From positions 32,001-96,000 of the forward strand of contig CAVRCF010000005.1 of the NCBI GenBank assembly GCA_963719505.1: DNA of 64,000 nucleotides, given 5' to 3'. Origin of the DNA: Halobacteriovoraceae bacterium (GTDB lineage: Bacteria; Bdellovibrionota; Bacteriovoracia; Bacteriovoracales; Bacteriovoracaceae). Shown piece after piece: positions 20,831-32,237 of this stretch. The translations under genes and the position numbers were made by a program. Each line of letters starts with the position of its first letter. The first letter of the stretch is position 1. The notes beneath the pieces were generated by a model. The model saw only the letters and a list, made by a program, of their open reading frames with translations. It was not told the DNA's origin and did not search any database.

Positions 20831-21442
20831 ATGAAATATCTAGTTATCGCATTCATTTCCTCAATACTATCTTGCAGTGTCTATGCCACAGGCACCAATC
20901 TGTTCAATGATCGGTACCTGCCAACTGACGTAAAAATTGAGGTGACTCTCAACAAGGTCGAACTTGCACCGCTACTGAATGATTATAATATGTTCTTTTT
21001 AGGGGATAACGACTTTGAAATGATGATTGTACTAAACAGCTTTACAACTTTAGTAGAATTTCCACTCAAGGCCAATTCTGAAAAAAAGAAAAAACAAAAG
21101 AAATTGTCTCTTCGTTTTAACGTGGATACTAGTGATCTTAACTATGCGATTCAAACCAGAAGAAATTATGAAAATCTCTCTTATGACGAGAAAAAGTATA
21201 TTAGCAGAAGCAAGCTTGGACAATTGTGTCTGCTTGATGATTCTTTAATGAGTCCTGGATTTATATCGACAAGTTACTATGGATGCTTTGATTTGGCTTA
21301 CACCCTCCAAGAGATGATAGTTAAGAATTTGAAATCAAAGAATCAATTTGTGTCCCATAATACGACTTTCCCAGCTTCAACAGATCCTTCAAAAGAGAAG
21401 CTCTTTAAATCTTGGTATACGATTAGAATATTAAAACATTAA
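20831..21442 (+). CDS. secreted hypothetical protein
   Basis: Signal peptide ending VYA; family not recognised. Confidence 0.6.
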   Translation: MKYLVIAFISSILSCSVYATGTNLFNDRYLPTDVKIEVTLNKVELAPLLNDYNMFFLGDNDFEMMIVLNSFTTLVEFPLKANSEKKKKQKKLSLRFNVDTSDLNYAIQTRRNYENLSYDEKKYISRSKLGQLCLLDDSLMSPGFISTSYYGCFDLAYTLQEMIVKNLKSKNQFVSHNTTFPASTDPSKEKLFKSWYTIRILKH

Positions 21443-21451
21443 AATATTGCT

Positions 21452-21847
21452 TTAGGGTTCTGTAAAAGTACCTGAAAGGGAATTGCACTCTGTTTGAGCC
21501 GCACCGGCGACATATCCGTCTAGATAATAGATAACTTTATAGCTTTCAACTTCACAGACTCCACTTCTATCACTCGCAGGACAAGTCCTAGCTGAGTTGA
21601 TATCCTTATGATTTTTTAGTGAGGGAAAGTTTCTCGTCTGGGCACTATCACAACTATCTTCTGTGTCACCACTAAAGCCTTCGTAAAACTCTAAACATTC
21701 TTGATCATCAAACGTCAGATCCGTTATCTCGCAACTTGCGATTAGTTTTGGTTTACTGACTATGTCCTTCGCTTTTTCTTCGAGTTCACACCCGACAATC
21801 TGGCCAATAAGGATAAGGAAACTAAAATATATTAGGAAGTTTTTCAT
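21452..21847 (-). CDS. small Cys-rich lipoprotein
   Basis: Lipobox IVGC; CPASDRSGVC and AQTECNSLSGTF. Confidence 0.65.
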   Translation of the reverse strand: MKNFLIYFSFLILIGQIVGCELEEKAKDIVSKPKLIASCEITDLTFDDQECLEFYEGFSGDTEDSCDSAQTRNFPSLKNHKDINSARTCPASDRSGVCEVESYKVIYYLDGYVAGAAQTECNSLSGTFTEP

Positions 21848-22115
21848 GAATAAAGTTTAGGGGAGGTCTGGTTTCAATAAAAGAGGGGAATTTAATTCTA
21901 CCTCTCTCATTTAAATATATGTCTCGTGATTTCTTAAATTTTCTTAATCCCTCAAGGGTTGCTGAAAGGAGGTTATGCTAAGGAAAATTACTTCAAGTGT
22001 TTTATTTTGTGATCAATATTCCTCATCTCTAGCGTTATACTTTTTTTTCATTTCTCCCAAAATATTTATCTACAATAAAGTTATTAAAAAATTAAAGACC
22101 TTTAGGGAGGCAAAA

Positions 22116-22688
22116 ATGAAAAAATTTTTATTACCGATCCTACTTTTAGGAAACCTCACTTTTATGAATCTAGCAAGTGCAGGCTGTGCTGAGAAATACA
22201 ATGAAAAATTTGAAAAAATATTTCTGCATGGAAGTGTAACAAAAAACTTAGCAGAATTTGGAAAAGCGGGTATTGGCTTATATGGAGGAGCTCTCCTTTT
22301 ATGGCCAGTCTCTCCCATTTTAGGAGCTGCAGGCGGAACTATCGCATACATGTCTTATAGGCAAAAAGGGCAACGTATGCATTTCTTCGATACACTCATC
22401 ACTAATGCCCACCATTTTGTCCAAGATTCAAAAGATGGCCTCCAAAAAACTGAAAGCTATATACCCACACAAACTAAGGGGATACGGGCCATTGGAAAAA
22501 ACAGAACACTCTTTCAACGTCTAGAATCAAAGTTATTAAAAGTGAATCCTGATCTTACAAGAGATGCGATATTAGAGGCGATTGCTAGAGCCGATGAAAA
22601 AGAAGACTTTTGTCATTCATTGGAAGGTGAAAAAGCATTAAAGACGAGCTTGAGAAGATTCAGTCGGGTTATTCTAAAAAACCTTTAA
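22116..22688 (+). CDS. secreted hypothetical protein with Gly-rich hydrophobic hairpin
   Basis: GGGAGG RBS, signal peptide, and AGIGLYGGALLLWPVSPILGAAGG segment. Confidence 0.6.
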   Translation: MKKFLLPILLLGNLTFMNLASAGCAEKYNEKFEKIFLHGSVTKNLAEFGKAGIGLYGGALLLWPVSPILGAAGGTIAYMSYRQKGQRMHFFDTLITNAHHFVQDSKDGLQKTESYIPTQTKGIRAIGKNRTLFQRLESKLLKVNPDLTRDAILEAIARADEKEDFCHSLEGEKALKTSLRRFSRVILKNL

Positions 22689-22712
22689 GACAAATAGTGT
22701 TGGAGAATTGAT

Positions 22713-23105
22713 ATGAAGAAATTTTTAGGTATTACTTTAGCTTTCATGAATTTAGCTTTATTTGCTGCCGACAATGATCTACAAACTCACACTTGGAAGG
22801 AATTGCCCGTTCAACACTCAAGTTCAAATTCAAATAATAAATTTATTGCCGGAGATTTGATTGACTCTATTGAGTTAAAAGAGAATGAATATGGCTCTTT
22901 TGAAAGTGAAAAATATCAATATCAGTCTGTCTCGTGCTATATAAGCTCATCTCGTAAATCAATAATTTCAACAGATGAAGGCGATAATCATATCGTCTTT
23001 GTCGATACCAATTCGTTTCAAGGTAAATCGAGCTCAGTCTACTCGATAGTTGGTTATACCTATGAGAAGAGCCTTCTTCGAATGAAGAATCCATCGTGTA
23101 TTTAG
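22713..23105 (+). CDS. secreted hypothetical protein (3' end possibly frameshifted)
   Basis: GGAG RBS and signal peptide; another frame stays open to ~23200. Confidence 0.5.
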   Translation: MKKFLGITLAFMNLALFAADNDLQTHTWKELPVQHSSSNSNNKFIAGDLIDSIELKENEYGSFESEKYQYQSVSCYISSSRKSIISTDEGDNHIVFVDTNSFQGKSSSVYSIVGYTYEKSLLRMKNPSCI

Positions 23106-23237
23106 TATGCGAAAAAGAGGAGTGCTTTTTTATTGAGAGAAGATGTTATTCATGCCTTTCTCGTACTATCATGGATCTTAAGAAGATTAATTAACGTTTA
23201 AAAGCATTTTCAAGAATGACTTAACATTTGGATAGAT

Positions 23238-23265
23238 AAAAAAGCCCGCTCATAAAGCGGGCTTT
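23238..23265 (-). terminator. rho-independent terminator of acnB
   Basis: AAAGCCCGCT-CATAA-AGCGGGCTTT with a T-tract on the minus strand. Confidence 0.85.
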
Positions 23266-23270
23266 CATAT

Positions 23271-25847
23271 TTATTTTGTCGGTTGTTCATCTACTGAAAA
23301 ATTATCCATCTGGTGAAAGTTCATATATTTATAAATTTCATGAGCTCTTTTCTCTAGGATAGGTCTTGCGATTTCCATATACTCTGCGACAGTTGGAAGT
23401 TTTCCTTTCATTGCACATACGGCTGCAAGTTCAGCAGAGCCAAGATAGACTTGAGCCCCTTTACCCATTCTGTTGTTAAAGTTTCTGGTCGATGTTGAGA
23501 AAACATTTGTATCATCTTTAACTCTCGCTTGGTTACCCATGCATAAAGAGCATCCAGGAATCTCTGTTCTCGCACCAGCGGCTGCAAACTTTGCGTAGTA
23601 TCCTTCTCGGGCCAATTGATCTGCATCCATTTTTGAAGGAGGAACAACCCATAGTCTTGGCGCTGATTGACCAGCTCCATCGAGAACCTCACCTAAGGCC
23701 CTAAAGTGACCAATATTTGTCATACAACTTCCAACAAAGACTTCGTCAATTCTCTCTCCAGCAACGGCGCTTAAAAGTTTCACGTCATCTGGATCGTTAG
23801 GACATGCAACAATTGGCTCTTTGTAATTGTCTAGATTGATCTCGATAACAGCTGCATATTCAGCATTTTTATCTGCCTCAAGAAGAGTTTCTTCTTTCAT
23901 CCATTTTTTTACATCTTTAATTCTTCTTTCAAGTGTGCTTGCATCTCCAAACCCATTTTCAATCATTGATTCCATAAGCTTTATGTTTGAGAGAAGGTAT
24001 TCATCAAGCATATCTCTATCGAGTTTGTAAGTTGAAGCCGCTGCACTTCTTTCAGCTGATGCGTCTGTAAGTTCAAAAACTTGCTCTAACGTTAAGCCTT
24101 CAATTCCTTCCATCTCTAAGATTCTTCCAGCAAAAACATTCTTTTTATTTTTCTTCTCAACAGTCATTAGACCTTGTTCTATTGCTGCATAAGGAATCAT
24201 ATTAACGGCGTCACGTAGAGTGATTCCTGGTTGAAGCTTTCCACTGAACTTTACAAGAACAGATTCAGGCATATCAAGTGGCATAACACCTAAAGCCGCA
24301 GCAAAGGCCACAAGTCCACTTCCTGCAGGAAATGAAATCCCCATTGGATAACGAGTATGAGAATCTCCACCAGTACCAACTGTATCTGGGATAAGCATTC
24401 TATTTAGCCACGTATGGATAACTCCATCACCCGGACGAAGAGCAACTCCACCTCTATTTCTAATATAATCAGGAAGAGTCGCGTGAGTTGTTACATCTGT
24501 TGGCTTTGGATAAGCGGCTGTGTGACAAAAAGATTGAAAAACAAAATCAGAATTAAACTTTAAACAGGCAAGTTCAGTCATTTCACTGGCCGTCATAGGT
24601 CCGGTTGTATCTTGTGATCCAACTGTCGTCATCTTTGGAAGACAAGCCGTTCCAGGAAGAATACCTTCCACGCCACAAGCTTTCCCTACCATTTTTTGGG
24701 CAAGTGTAAATCCTTGACCTTTTGCTGGTTTATTAATTCTTGGATTGGCAAAAATTCCAGACTCTTCGATTGCACTCATTTTTAGTTCAGCTCTGGCTTT
24801 TGTCGTCAGCATTTTTCCAATAATTAATGGAACACGTCCACCAGCTCTATACTCATCTAGGATTGTTGGTGGATTGAGATCGTAACTTGTGATCTCAGAT
24901 CCTTTATCATCAAGGATTTTTCCTTCAAGAGGTTTTACTTCAATGATCATTCCCGTTTCAAGTTTTGATACATCGGCTTGAATGGGAAGAGCGCCTGAAT
25001 CTTCAGCTGTGTTGAAAAAGATTGGAGCAATGGTATCGCCAATAATAACACCACCGTTTCTTTTATTTGGTACATGTGGAATATCGTCACCGATATGCCA
25101 AATAAGTGAGTTACAAGCGGACTTTCTAGAAGATCCTGTTCCGACAACATCACCGACAAAAGTCACTGGTAGTTTAAATTTTTCTTTTAAATCAGAAATT
25201 TCTTTTGGACCATTTGGAAACACTGATCCACCCATAACATTTCCGTGAAGAGGAATATCATCTCTTGTAAAAGCAAAAGGAGCGGGTGAGAAGTCGTCTG
25301 TGTTAATTTCACCTGCAACTTTATAAACAACAGTTTTAATTGATGCTGGAACTTTTTCTTTATTAGTGAACCATTCAGCATTCGCCCAAGAAGTTAAAAC
25401 ATCTTTTGCATTGGTATTTCCTGAATCAGCTAATTTTTTTATATCATCAAAAACGTTCACAGAGAGAACCATATTTTCAAGTTCTTTTGCCGCAAGTTTT
25501 GCCAGCTTCTCATCTGAAGAGCTTAAAGCATCAACAAGACCTTGAAGGTTGTATCCTCCAATCATGGTTCCTAAAAGCTCAATGGCATATTCTTTTGAAA
25601 TAAGAGAACAAGTGAATGTTCCTTTAACAATACCGGTTAAAAATCCTGCTTTGACTTGGGCCGCTGGATCAACGCCTGGATTAACTCTGTCTTTTAAAAG
25701 AGCTAATAATTCTTTCGAGCGATCATGATTATTGGTGAGCATCTCGACAACTTGCTCCGTTTGAGTTTTTGTTAAAGCAAGTGGTGGAATACCTTCCTCA
25801 GCACGTGCGGCAACATGGCTTTCATAATCTTTGAAAAAATCCGTCAT
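23271..25847 (-). CDS. acnB: aconitate hydratase B / 2-methylisocitrate dehydratase
   Basis: GIPPLAL HEAT-like N-domain, [61 protein letters not shown]. Confidence 0.97.
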   Translation of the reverse strand: MTDFFKDYESHVAARAEEGIPPLALTKTQTEQVVEMLTNNHDRSKELLALLKDRVNPGVDPAAQVKAGFLTGIVKGTFTCSLISKEYAIELLGTMIGGYNLQGLVDALSSSDEKLAKLAAKELENMVLSVNVFDDIKKLADSGNTNAKDVLTSWANAEWFTNKEKVPASIKTVVYKVAGEINTDDFSPAPFAFTRDDIPLHGNVMGGSVFPNGPKEISDLKEKFKLPVTFVGDVVGTGSSRKSACNSLIWHIGDDIPHVPNKRNGGVIIGDTIAPIFFNTAEDSGALPIQADVSKLETGMIIEVKPLEGKILDDKGSEITSYDLNPPTILDEYRAGGRVPLIIGKMLTTKARAELKMSAIEESGIFANPRINKPAKGQGFTLAQKMVGKACGVEGILPGTACLPKMTTVGSQDTTGPMTASEMTELACLKFNSDFVFQSFCHTAAYPKPTDVTTHATLPDYIRNRGGVALRPGDGVIHTWLNRMLIPDTVGTGGDSHTRYPMGISFPAGSGLVAFAAALGVMPLDMPESVLVKFSGKLQPGITLRDAVNMIPYAAIEQGLMTVEKKNKKNVFAGRILEMEGIEGLTLEQVFELTDASAERSAAASTYKLDRDMLDEYLLSNIKLMESMIENGFGDASTLERRIKDVKKWMKEETLLEADKNAEYAAVIEINLDNYKEPIVACPNDPDDVKLLSAVAGERIDEVFVGSCMTNIGHFRALGEVLDGAGQSAPRLWVVPPSKMDADQLAREGYYAKFAAAGARTEIPGCSLCMGNQARVKDDTNVFSTSTRNFNNRMGKGAQVYLGSAELAAVCAMKGKLPTVAEYMEIARPILEKRAHEIYKYMNFHQMDNFSVDEQPTK

Positions 25848-25979
25848 AACATTCCTTTTGACTCAAGTAGTAATAATTTAAATGATAATTTGAGACAGTA
25901 TAGCTGAAAAATCCCAAATAATAAACTGGAACCGTTGATATTGACTCATGTCGCTAAGAGTTTTTGTCGATAGGAAACT

Positions 25980-26669
25980 ATGAGTAAAAAGAAAATCATT
26001 CTCATATTTTTTATTATTAGTGGAGCAATTTGGTTTATTGTCAGTGATAATGAATCTTTTGAATCTAATTCATTTACTTCAACTTATAAAAAACAAAAAG
26101 CTAAAAGAGAAATTAGTTCAACACCGATAAAAAAGACTGTTTCAAAAAATAACAAGAGGCTCTTGGCCACCACTCCAATTGTTACCTATAAAAGTGAACA
26201 AAAACTCGTGGATAGAAAAATTACATCCACCTCTAAGATTAAAAAAATTTCGAATAAACCTGCACGCACAGTGGGGGATCATCTTATTTTAGAGAACTAT
26301 TTCGCCGTTATTGACTCTAAAGAAAATAGACAGAGGTTTGATAAGTTTGAAAGAAAACTTGGATACCTTTTTGTCCGTGGGCAGATGAAGCCGATGGATG
26401 CAGTGGTTGTCACTCAAAATAAAGATTCTGGGGCCCTTGGGATTATGACGGGTGTTCTCACGGTGAAGCTCTATGATTTTTCTGAATACCAAAATCTTAT
26501 CGATCACTCCAATTTTTCCATCTCTCAGCTCTACGACCATATAAAAGTTGTCCACTACAGGATTGACTCCAGTGAGCTGGCCATCTCAACTTATGAAAGT
26601 TTAAAGGGTCATCCCAATATCCAAAGAATGTCTTTGGAGATACTTGAGTATTCACGTTTCCATAGATAG
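25980..26669 (+). CDS. membrane-anchored probable external chaperone (ASP ORF2 / pro-domain-like) of the adjacent S8 protease
   Basis: N-terminal TM helix; NKDSGALGIMTGVLTVKL followed by an I9/pro-domain-like C-terminus (LKGHPNIQRMSLEILE). Resemblance recalled, not searched. Confidence 0.55.
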   Translation: MSKKKIILIFFIISGAIWFIVSDNESFESNSFTSTYKKQKAKREISSTPIKKTVSKNNKRLLATTPIVTYKSEQKLVDRKITSTSKIKKISNKPARTVGDHLILENYFAVIDSKENRQRFDKFERKLGYLFVRGQMKPMDAVVVTQNKDSGALGIMTGVLTVKLYDFSEYQNLIDHSNFSISQLYDHIKVVHYRIDSSELAISTYESLKGHPNIQRMSLEILEYSRFHR

Positions 26670-26822
26670 TGGGCGATTTTCAACACCTTGGTTTACAAGC
26701 TTTTTTTATCCTTTCTTTTTGATAGGTAAGCTATTGAAATTAAAGCGTTTTATTTAGTCTTTTTAATCCTCAAGTTTACCCCCAATTATGACGTAAAATA
26801 GATAAAGGAAAAGGATTTGCTT

Positions 26823-28821
26823 TTGAGAATTTTGTCACTATTACTACTTTGCTTCTTTGGCTTCGTGTATCAGTCAGACTGAGTCTGGTTCAAAATTGTC
26901 TGATGCTGAAAAAAATCCTGATACCTATTCTCCTAGTAGCTCAATTATTTATTCAGCTGATTATATTATTAACGAATATCAACAACATCTTATTCCAACG
27001 GCCCAAGAGGTAATTGGGCAGTCTCTTCCATCAAATACTCGTTTTAGAATAATTCAAGGACCACAGTGGTTGGAAGTTGATGAACTAAGCGGAGAGATAA
27101 CAATCGACTCAATTTCTAATCAGGCACCTGTGAACTTTAAACTAGAGGCCTATAACTTTATCAATCCTTTTGATTCAGTTGCAAGTCCAACAAAAACTAT
27201 TGGTGTTAACGGAGATCCTCTTCGTTATCAGCAGTGGCATATTCAAAATGATGGATCAATAAAAACCTATTCTTTACGAGATGGGGAAGCTGATGTGGAC
27301 TTAAATCTTTCAGACGTTTACAAAGCGGGTATCACCGGAAGTGGTGTGAAGATCGCGATTAGTGATAGTGGTGGAGAAGTTAATCACGATGACTTTGTGG
27401 GAAATATTCTTGCGGGAGTGCACAGAGACTATACTCTTGATCCTCCTTATATCGGAAAGCCAACTCCCACGAATGCTCACGGAACTGCTGTGGGAGGTAT
27501 TATTGCCGCTCGTGGATGGAATAATAAAGGAGTCTCAGGTGTTGCACCTTTTGGAAAGCTTGGTTTCTTTCAGTTTTTAGAATCAAGTCAATCCGCTTCC
27601 ATTTTAATTAATCAGGCCAGTGGAGACTTTGACATCTTTAACTACTCTTACGGCGATACTCTTTTATTTGATACAAAAAGTGATGAGAACTATCTTGATC
27701 ATATAAAATACCAGTCTCTTTACAATAGAAAATTTTATCTCAAAGCTGCTGGCAATGAATATGCTTTGAGTAGTGGAAACCTGTGTGCTCCTCATAATGC
27801 GAATGCACCTTTTGAAAATGAATCTCCTTATATGTTGACCATAGGCGCGGTTAACGCCAAAGGTGTAAAAGCTAGTTATGCAAATGTTGGGAGTAATATT
27901 TGGGTGACTGCTCCAGGTGGAGAATACGGAGGACTTGATCCTGCTATTTTAACCACTGATCTTCCCACTTGTTTTAAAGGTTACTCTGCTGCGGGAAGCT
28001 TTCAAGTGAATGACTTTGAATACGGGCATCACGAAAATATAAACTGTCACTACTCTTCAGTTATGAATGGTACAAGTGCTGCTGCTCCAATGGTCAGCGG
28101 TGTTATCGCTCTCATCTTAGAGGCGAATCCTTCTTTATCTTATAGAGAGGTGAAACATATTCTTGCTATGACCAGTAGAAAAGTTGATCCCACACATGGA
28201 TCCACGACTAGTCATCCCTCGACAACATTTTTGGACTGTACAGATTTAAGTCTCTCCGGTCACGAATACGAACAAGGATGGAAGCAAAATGGTGCTGACG
28301 TCTGGTTTAATAATTTTTACGGCTTTGGCCTGGTTGATGCTGCAAGTGCCGTTTCCTTGGCCACAAATTTTAATCAACCAGCTCTTGATACTCTTGAGTG
28401 GCTTCCTATGACGGCTCCTCAGGTCGAGACCAATCCTAATTTTGAAACAGGGGCTTACTCCACAAATACGACACCTCTTGCGATTCCAGATAATAGTGCT
28501 GCGGGGATTTCAAAGACAATGGATATAAATTACAGTGGAGATTTAAACCTAGAGTCATTAACACTGGAAATTGATGTTACTCATGGAAGAAGTGGACAGC
28601 TTGGAGTTGAAATTACATCGCCTGCGGGAACGAAAAGTATTCTTTTAAATGTTAATAATAGTTTTATTCTCGATAACGATCAAAACTTAAAAATGAAACT
28701 TACAAGTCACGCTTTTTATGGTGAAAAGCTAAATGGAACGTGGAGTGTAAAAGTTATCGATGGACTCGAAGGTCAAGTCGGAGCATTTAATAAAGCTGTT
28801 GTGAACTTCATCGGTCATTAA
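26823..28821 (+). CDS. kexin/ASP-like S8 serine protease lipoprotein with Ig-like N-domain and P-domain
   Basis: Catalytic D (ISDSG), H (HGTAVGG), oxyanion N (AAGN), S (GTSAAAP); GDPLRYQQWH, YGFGLVDA, GEKLNGTWSVKVID. The signal peptide LRILSLLLLCFLASC is restored by removing one T near 26855. Confidence 0.88.
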
Positions 28822-30830
28822 AGAGAACCAGGCGTTCTTTTCTTTTTTCCTAAGATATTTATTTTGAGCTTTCCACCGACATAAAAATTTGTTCTTTCAA
28901 TATCGTAGGTTAGCGTTCCTCCAGCTTCAAAGGCACCTTTTTTTACCCCAAACATGAGACTTGTTTGTTCATTAACGGGTAGAAGGTTAGTTGAGATATC
29001 GCTGTTAAACCCTTTGTTGGGTAAGGTGTAGTCAATATTAATAAAGTGATCTGGTCCATTGGTGGTGGTTGAGATTTGATAAGAGGTAAAGACATTATAG
29101 AGTCCACCCACCTGAGTTGAAACTAATCCAGCACCAGTTGAAAAAGTGTCATTATTAATTTTTTTATCAAAGCGTGCTTGTGCTTCAATGACATTTGTTG
29201 TCATCTTGAGGTTGCTTGGAGTGTTGGGAAAATCATAAATAGAACGCTGTTCCTTGAGGCCCACGGCATTGGTAACCTTCACTGATGATGAGAGGCTCGA
29301 TGAGTTTCCCGTTTTTATTTTTGTCGATAGACCAAGTTGGGTTTGAAGGTTTCCATCTGCTGAGCTTTCATCTTGTCTTTTGACAAAGTCGGCGTTGAAG
29401 TTTAGGCCAGCATTTGCTTGCACCTTTACCTTCTCACTTGAGATAAGATTTTTATGAAGGCCTTTATAATAATTAAAACGCATAAACATGAATTTATTTT
29501 CATTCACACTCTGATCCGTTGAAACTAAACTTGTTGATAAGGATAAATTGCTTTCATTTCCAAACCTTTTTGGATCTGTGACATGACCAAAGCCATCAGT
29601 ATTTTGGCTTCTTTGTTTGTAGACAGCTATTGAGAAAATATCTGTTGGCGCCTGGTCTTCATTTTGTAAAGATCCTTGGAGAAGACGAACTCCTTGGGCG
29701 ATATCGATTGTCTTAGTTTTATCACCTTTTGTTTTGGTGATAGTGCTTTCATGTCTAAAATCAATATCATTGGTGAGACCAGCATTTGTTTGAGGGATAT
29801 TCGCTCTTTGATGATCCATGGTATGAGCTTGTTCTATAAATCTTCCAAGAGCTTTTGGAAGAGTCGCCACGTGCTCGGCTTGACCAGAGGTTGAGTCAGA
29901 AGTATTTTTAAAGATTCTGACATTGGCCCCAATATTATCAAATCCACCCATAGCGCTATTTCTTGGAAGAATGGAGTCAACACCCGTGATGTCTTCAATC
30001 TTAGTTGCTTGAAAATAATTAATCACAAAGGCTTTATTGGGATCTTCTTTGCTGACGGCAAAGTTGTAAACATGTTGGCCTCCAGTGGTGACATAACTAG
30101 CTGTGAAGTATTCATACTTGTCTGCTCTTGCGGCTTCTCCCATGAGGACAGTGGCAAAGTGCACATCTCCACAAATTCCACCCCAATTTTCAACATCACC
30201 GGCATTAGCTAAAGCTTGTCGGTCTTCTGTTATTTGAGAAAAAAAGTCATCAACACCCTGTTCGTTGGGATCAAAATTGGCCTTGGCAAAATTATAGGGA
30301 AGTCTTGTTGTCATCTCTGAGAGATAACTAAAGTATTCATCTTCGTTCATCCCTTGTGTTTGCATTTTAACGAGTTCTTGTAATTGAGTGGCCGACTGGG
30401 CTTCTCTCAACTGGCCATAGAAATTATCATAATCACTGGCCGGAAGACTTGAGACAAGCTCTTGGTACTTTGGCTCTCTTACACTTTGAGAAACTTCTGT
30501 GGAACTAATAATAACCCAACCGTGATTTTTCTTGGTCCTTGTCCTCTTTTTTGGTGGATCAATTTGAGAACTTAAATCATTTTCGGCGCAAAGGGAGAGT
30601 TGGTTCTGTGGATCAGAGGCGACTTCAACCGAGTCAATCAGTTGGCTATTTTCTTTTATAAGTCGCAAAGTATCCTGAGAGAGATTTCCTTCTTTCATAT
30701 CAACTTGAACGCTTTGATGGATAAATTGATCGTTGATAAACGTCTGATTATCTGCGAGCTCTACCAAACCTGAAGCAAATGCACAGGGGGTGGATAAAAA
30801 GGCCAAAATATAGAGTTTACCTATTCTCAT
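28818..30830 (-). CDS. secreted protein with transglutaminase-like Cys/His segment and C-terminal beta-barrel-like region
   Basis: Signal peptide; GGICGDVH and GGQHVY; amphipathic strands near the C-terminus (FYVGGKLKINI). Confidence 0.55.
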   Translation of the reverse strand: MRIGKLYILAFLSTPCAFASGLVELADNQTFINDQFIHQSVQVDMKEGNLSQDTLRLIKENSQLIDSVEVASDPQNQLSLCAENDLSSQIDPPKKRTRTKKNHGWVIISSTEVSQSVREPKYQELVSSLPASDYDNFYGQLREAQSATQLQELVKMQTQGMNEDEYFSYLSEMTTRLPYNFAKANFDPNEQGVDDFFSQITEDRQALANAGDVENWGGICGDVHFATVLMGEAARADKYEYFTASYVTTGGQHVYNFAVSKEDPNKAFVINYFQATKIEDITGVDSILPRNSAMGGFDNIGANVRIFKNTSDSTSGQAEHVATLPKALGRFIEQAHTMDHQRANIPQTNAGLTNDIDFRHESTITKTKGDKTKTIDIAQGVRLLQGSLQNEDQAPTDIFSIAVYKQRSQNTDGFGHVTDPKRFGNESNLSLSTSLVSTDQSVNENKFMFMRFNYYKGLHKNLISSEKVKVQANAGLNFNADFVKRQDESSADGNLQTQLGLSTKIKTGNSSSLSSSVKVTNAVGLKEQRSIYDFPNTPSNLKMTTNVIEAQARFDKKINNDTFSTGAGLVSTQVGGLYNVFTSYQISTTTNGPDHFINIDYTLPNKGFNSDISTNLLPVNEQTSLMFGVKKGAFEAGGTLTYDIERTNFYVGGKLKINILGKKKRTPGSL

Positions 30831-30836
30831 AATAGA

Positions 30837-30863
30837 TTATCGGCATATATCGCAAATACTTGA
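30837..30863 (-). promoter_or_regulatory. sigma-28 (FliA) promoter, probably leaderless transcript
   Basis: Minus strand reads TCAAG-N14-GCCGATAA, then 6 nt to the ATG at 30830. Confidence 0.7.
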
Positions 30864-30977
30864 GTAGAAAAATCAGTGATAAAATGCCTGATTTTTCTGC
30901 CGACTCCTTTAAAATGTGTAATTTTAGTGAAAAAATGTACAATAATCCCATAGAAATATATTAAAAAGGTGTCACGG

Positions 30978-32237
30978 ATGAAGACAAAAATTAAATTTCT
31001 CTCTCTTATATTGCTCATGTTTATGATGGGTTCTTGTTTGAAGCTTCCCAAAGAGAGTGCGCCGGATAAAATGAGAGTCATGTTCACAGATGATCCCGCT
31101 ACCACAGTTACCATCGCTTGGAATAGGTACGAATCGGATCAAAATGAGGATAGAGTTTATTTTGATACCGAAGATCATGGTGACGATATTGATTCTTACC
31201 GTTTCTCAAAATCTCCAGATCACTACACAGACTTTATTGGATTTAAATCGGCTTTTGTTATGTTGGAAGATTTGACTCCCAACACGAGATATTATTTTTT
31301 AATCGTGAGCAATTATGGTCAAACCCAAAGATATTATGTTGATACACTTCCAGATTCTAGAGATGAGAGAATCTCCGTTATCTCTGGTGGTGACTCTAGA
31401 AATAATAGAGTTCCAAGACAGGCCGCAAATTCACTCGTGGCCAAGTTAAAACCCCATTTTGTTTTCTTTGGAGGTGATATGACTTCTTTAGGAACCACAA
31501 AACAATGGGCACAGTGGTTTGATGACTGGCAACTCACTATTGGTCCTGATGGAAGAGTAACACCTATTGTTCCTGCTCGAGGAAATCATGAGTATGGAAA
31601 TACAGTTTTATCTGAACTTTTTGGAATCTCAAAATCAAACTACTATTCTTTAAAAATTGCGGACGGTCTTATTCAAGCTTATACATTGAATTCAGAAGTC
31701 TCAACTGGCGGTACTCAATTTGAGTGGCTAGAAAACGAGATGAATAATAACACCGATGCTCACTGGAAAATCGTGCAGTATCACAAACCGATGAGACCAC
31801 ATGTTAAAAGTAAAAAAGAGGGTAGCTCTCAATACAATGACTGGGTTGAAACATTTTACGAGCATAGAGTCGATTTAATATTTGAATCAGATGCTCACAC
31901 GGTAAAAAGCACATGGCCTATTAGACCAAGTTATGAAGATGGCTCGTTTGAAGGCTTTATAAGAGATGACCAAAACGGAATGGTCTTCGTTGGTGAAGGC
32001 TGTTGGGGTGCTCCTTTAAGAGACTCAGATGATATCAAGCCATGGACTAGAGAGAGCGGAAAATTTAATCAGTTTAAATGGGTTTTCTTTGATCAAGATA
32101 AAATTGAGCTTAGAACCGTTAAAGTTGATAATGCAATTGAGGTTGATTCTGTCGATTTAAACGATAGGTTCTCAGAACCTTCAGGTCTTGATCTATGGGA
32201 AACTGTCCACGGAACTGTGATGACAATCACCAAATAG
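30978..32237 (+). CDS. purple acid phosphatase-type metallophosphoesterase lipoprotein (FN3-like + calcineurin-like)
   Basis: Lipobox MGSC; LTPNTRYYF, GGDSR, GGDMT, RGNHE, YHKP, ESDAH. Confidence 0.85.
   Translation: MKTKIKFLSLILLMFMMGSCLKLPKESAPDKMRVMFTDDPATTVTIAWNRYESDQNEDRVYFDTEDHGDDIDSYRFSKSPDHYTDFIGFKSAFVMLEDLTPNTRYYFLIVSNYGQTQRYYVDTLPDSRDERISVISGGDSRNNRVPRQAANSLVAKLKPHFVFFGGDMTSLGTTKQWAQWFDDWQLTIGPDGRVTPIVPARGNHEYGNTVLSELFGISKSNYYSLKIADGLIQAYTLNSEVSTGGTQFEWLENEMNNNTDAHWKIVQYHKPMRPHVKSKKEGSSQYNDWVETFYEHRVDLIFESDAHTVKSTWPIRPSYEDGSFEGFIRDDQNGMVFVGEGCWGAPLRDSDDIKPWTRESGKFNQFKWVFFDQDKIELRTVKVDNAIEVDSVDLNDRFSEPSGLDLWETVHGTVMTITK

Noticed and set aside
21975-22115. Longer N-terminus or riboswitch upstream of the 22116 gene
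   Set aside because: The second start has a well-spaced RBS and begins a clean signal peptide; no riboswitch consensus recognised.
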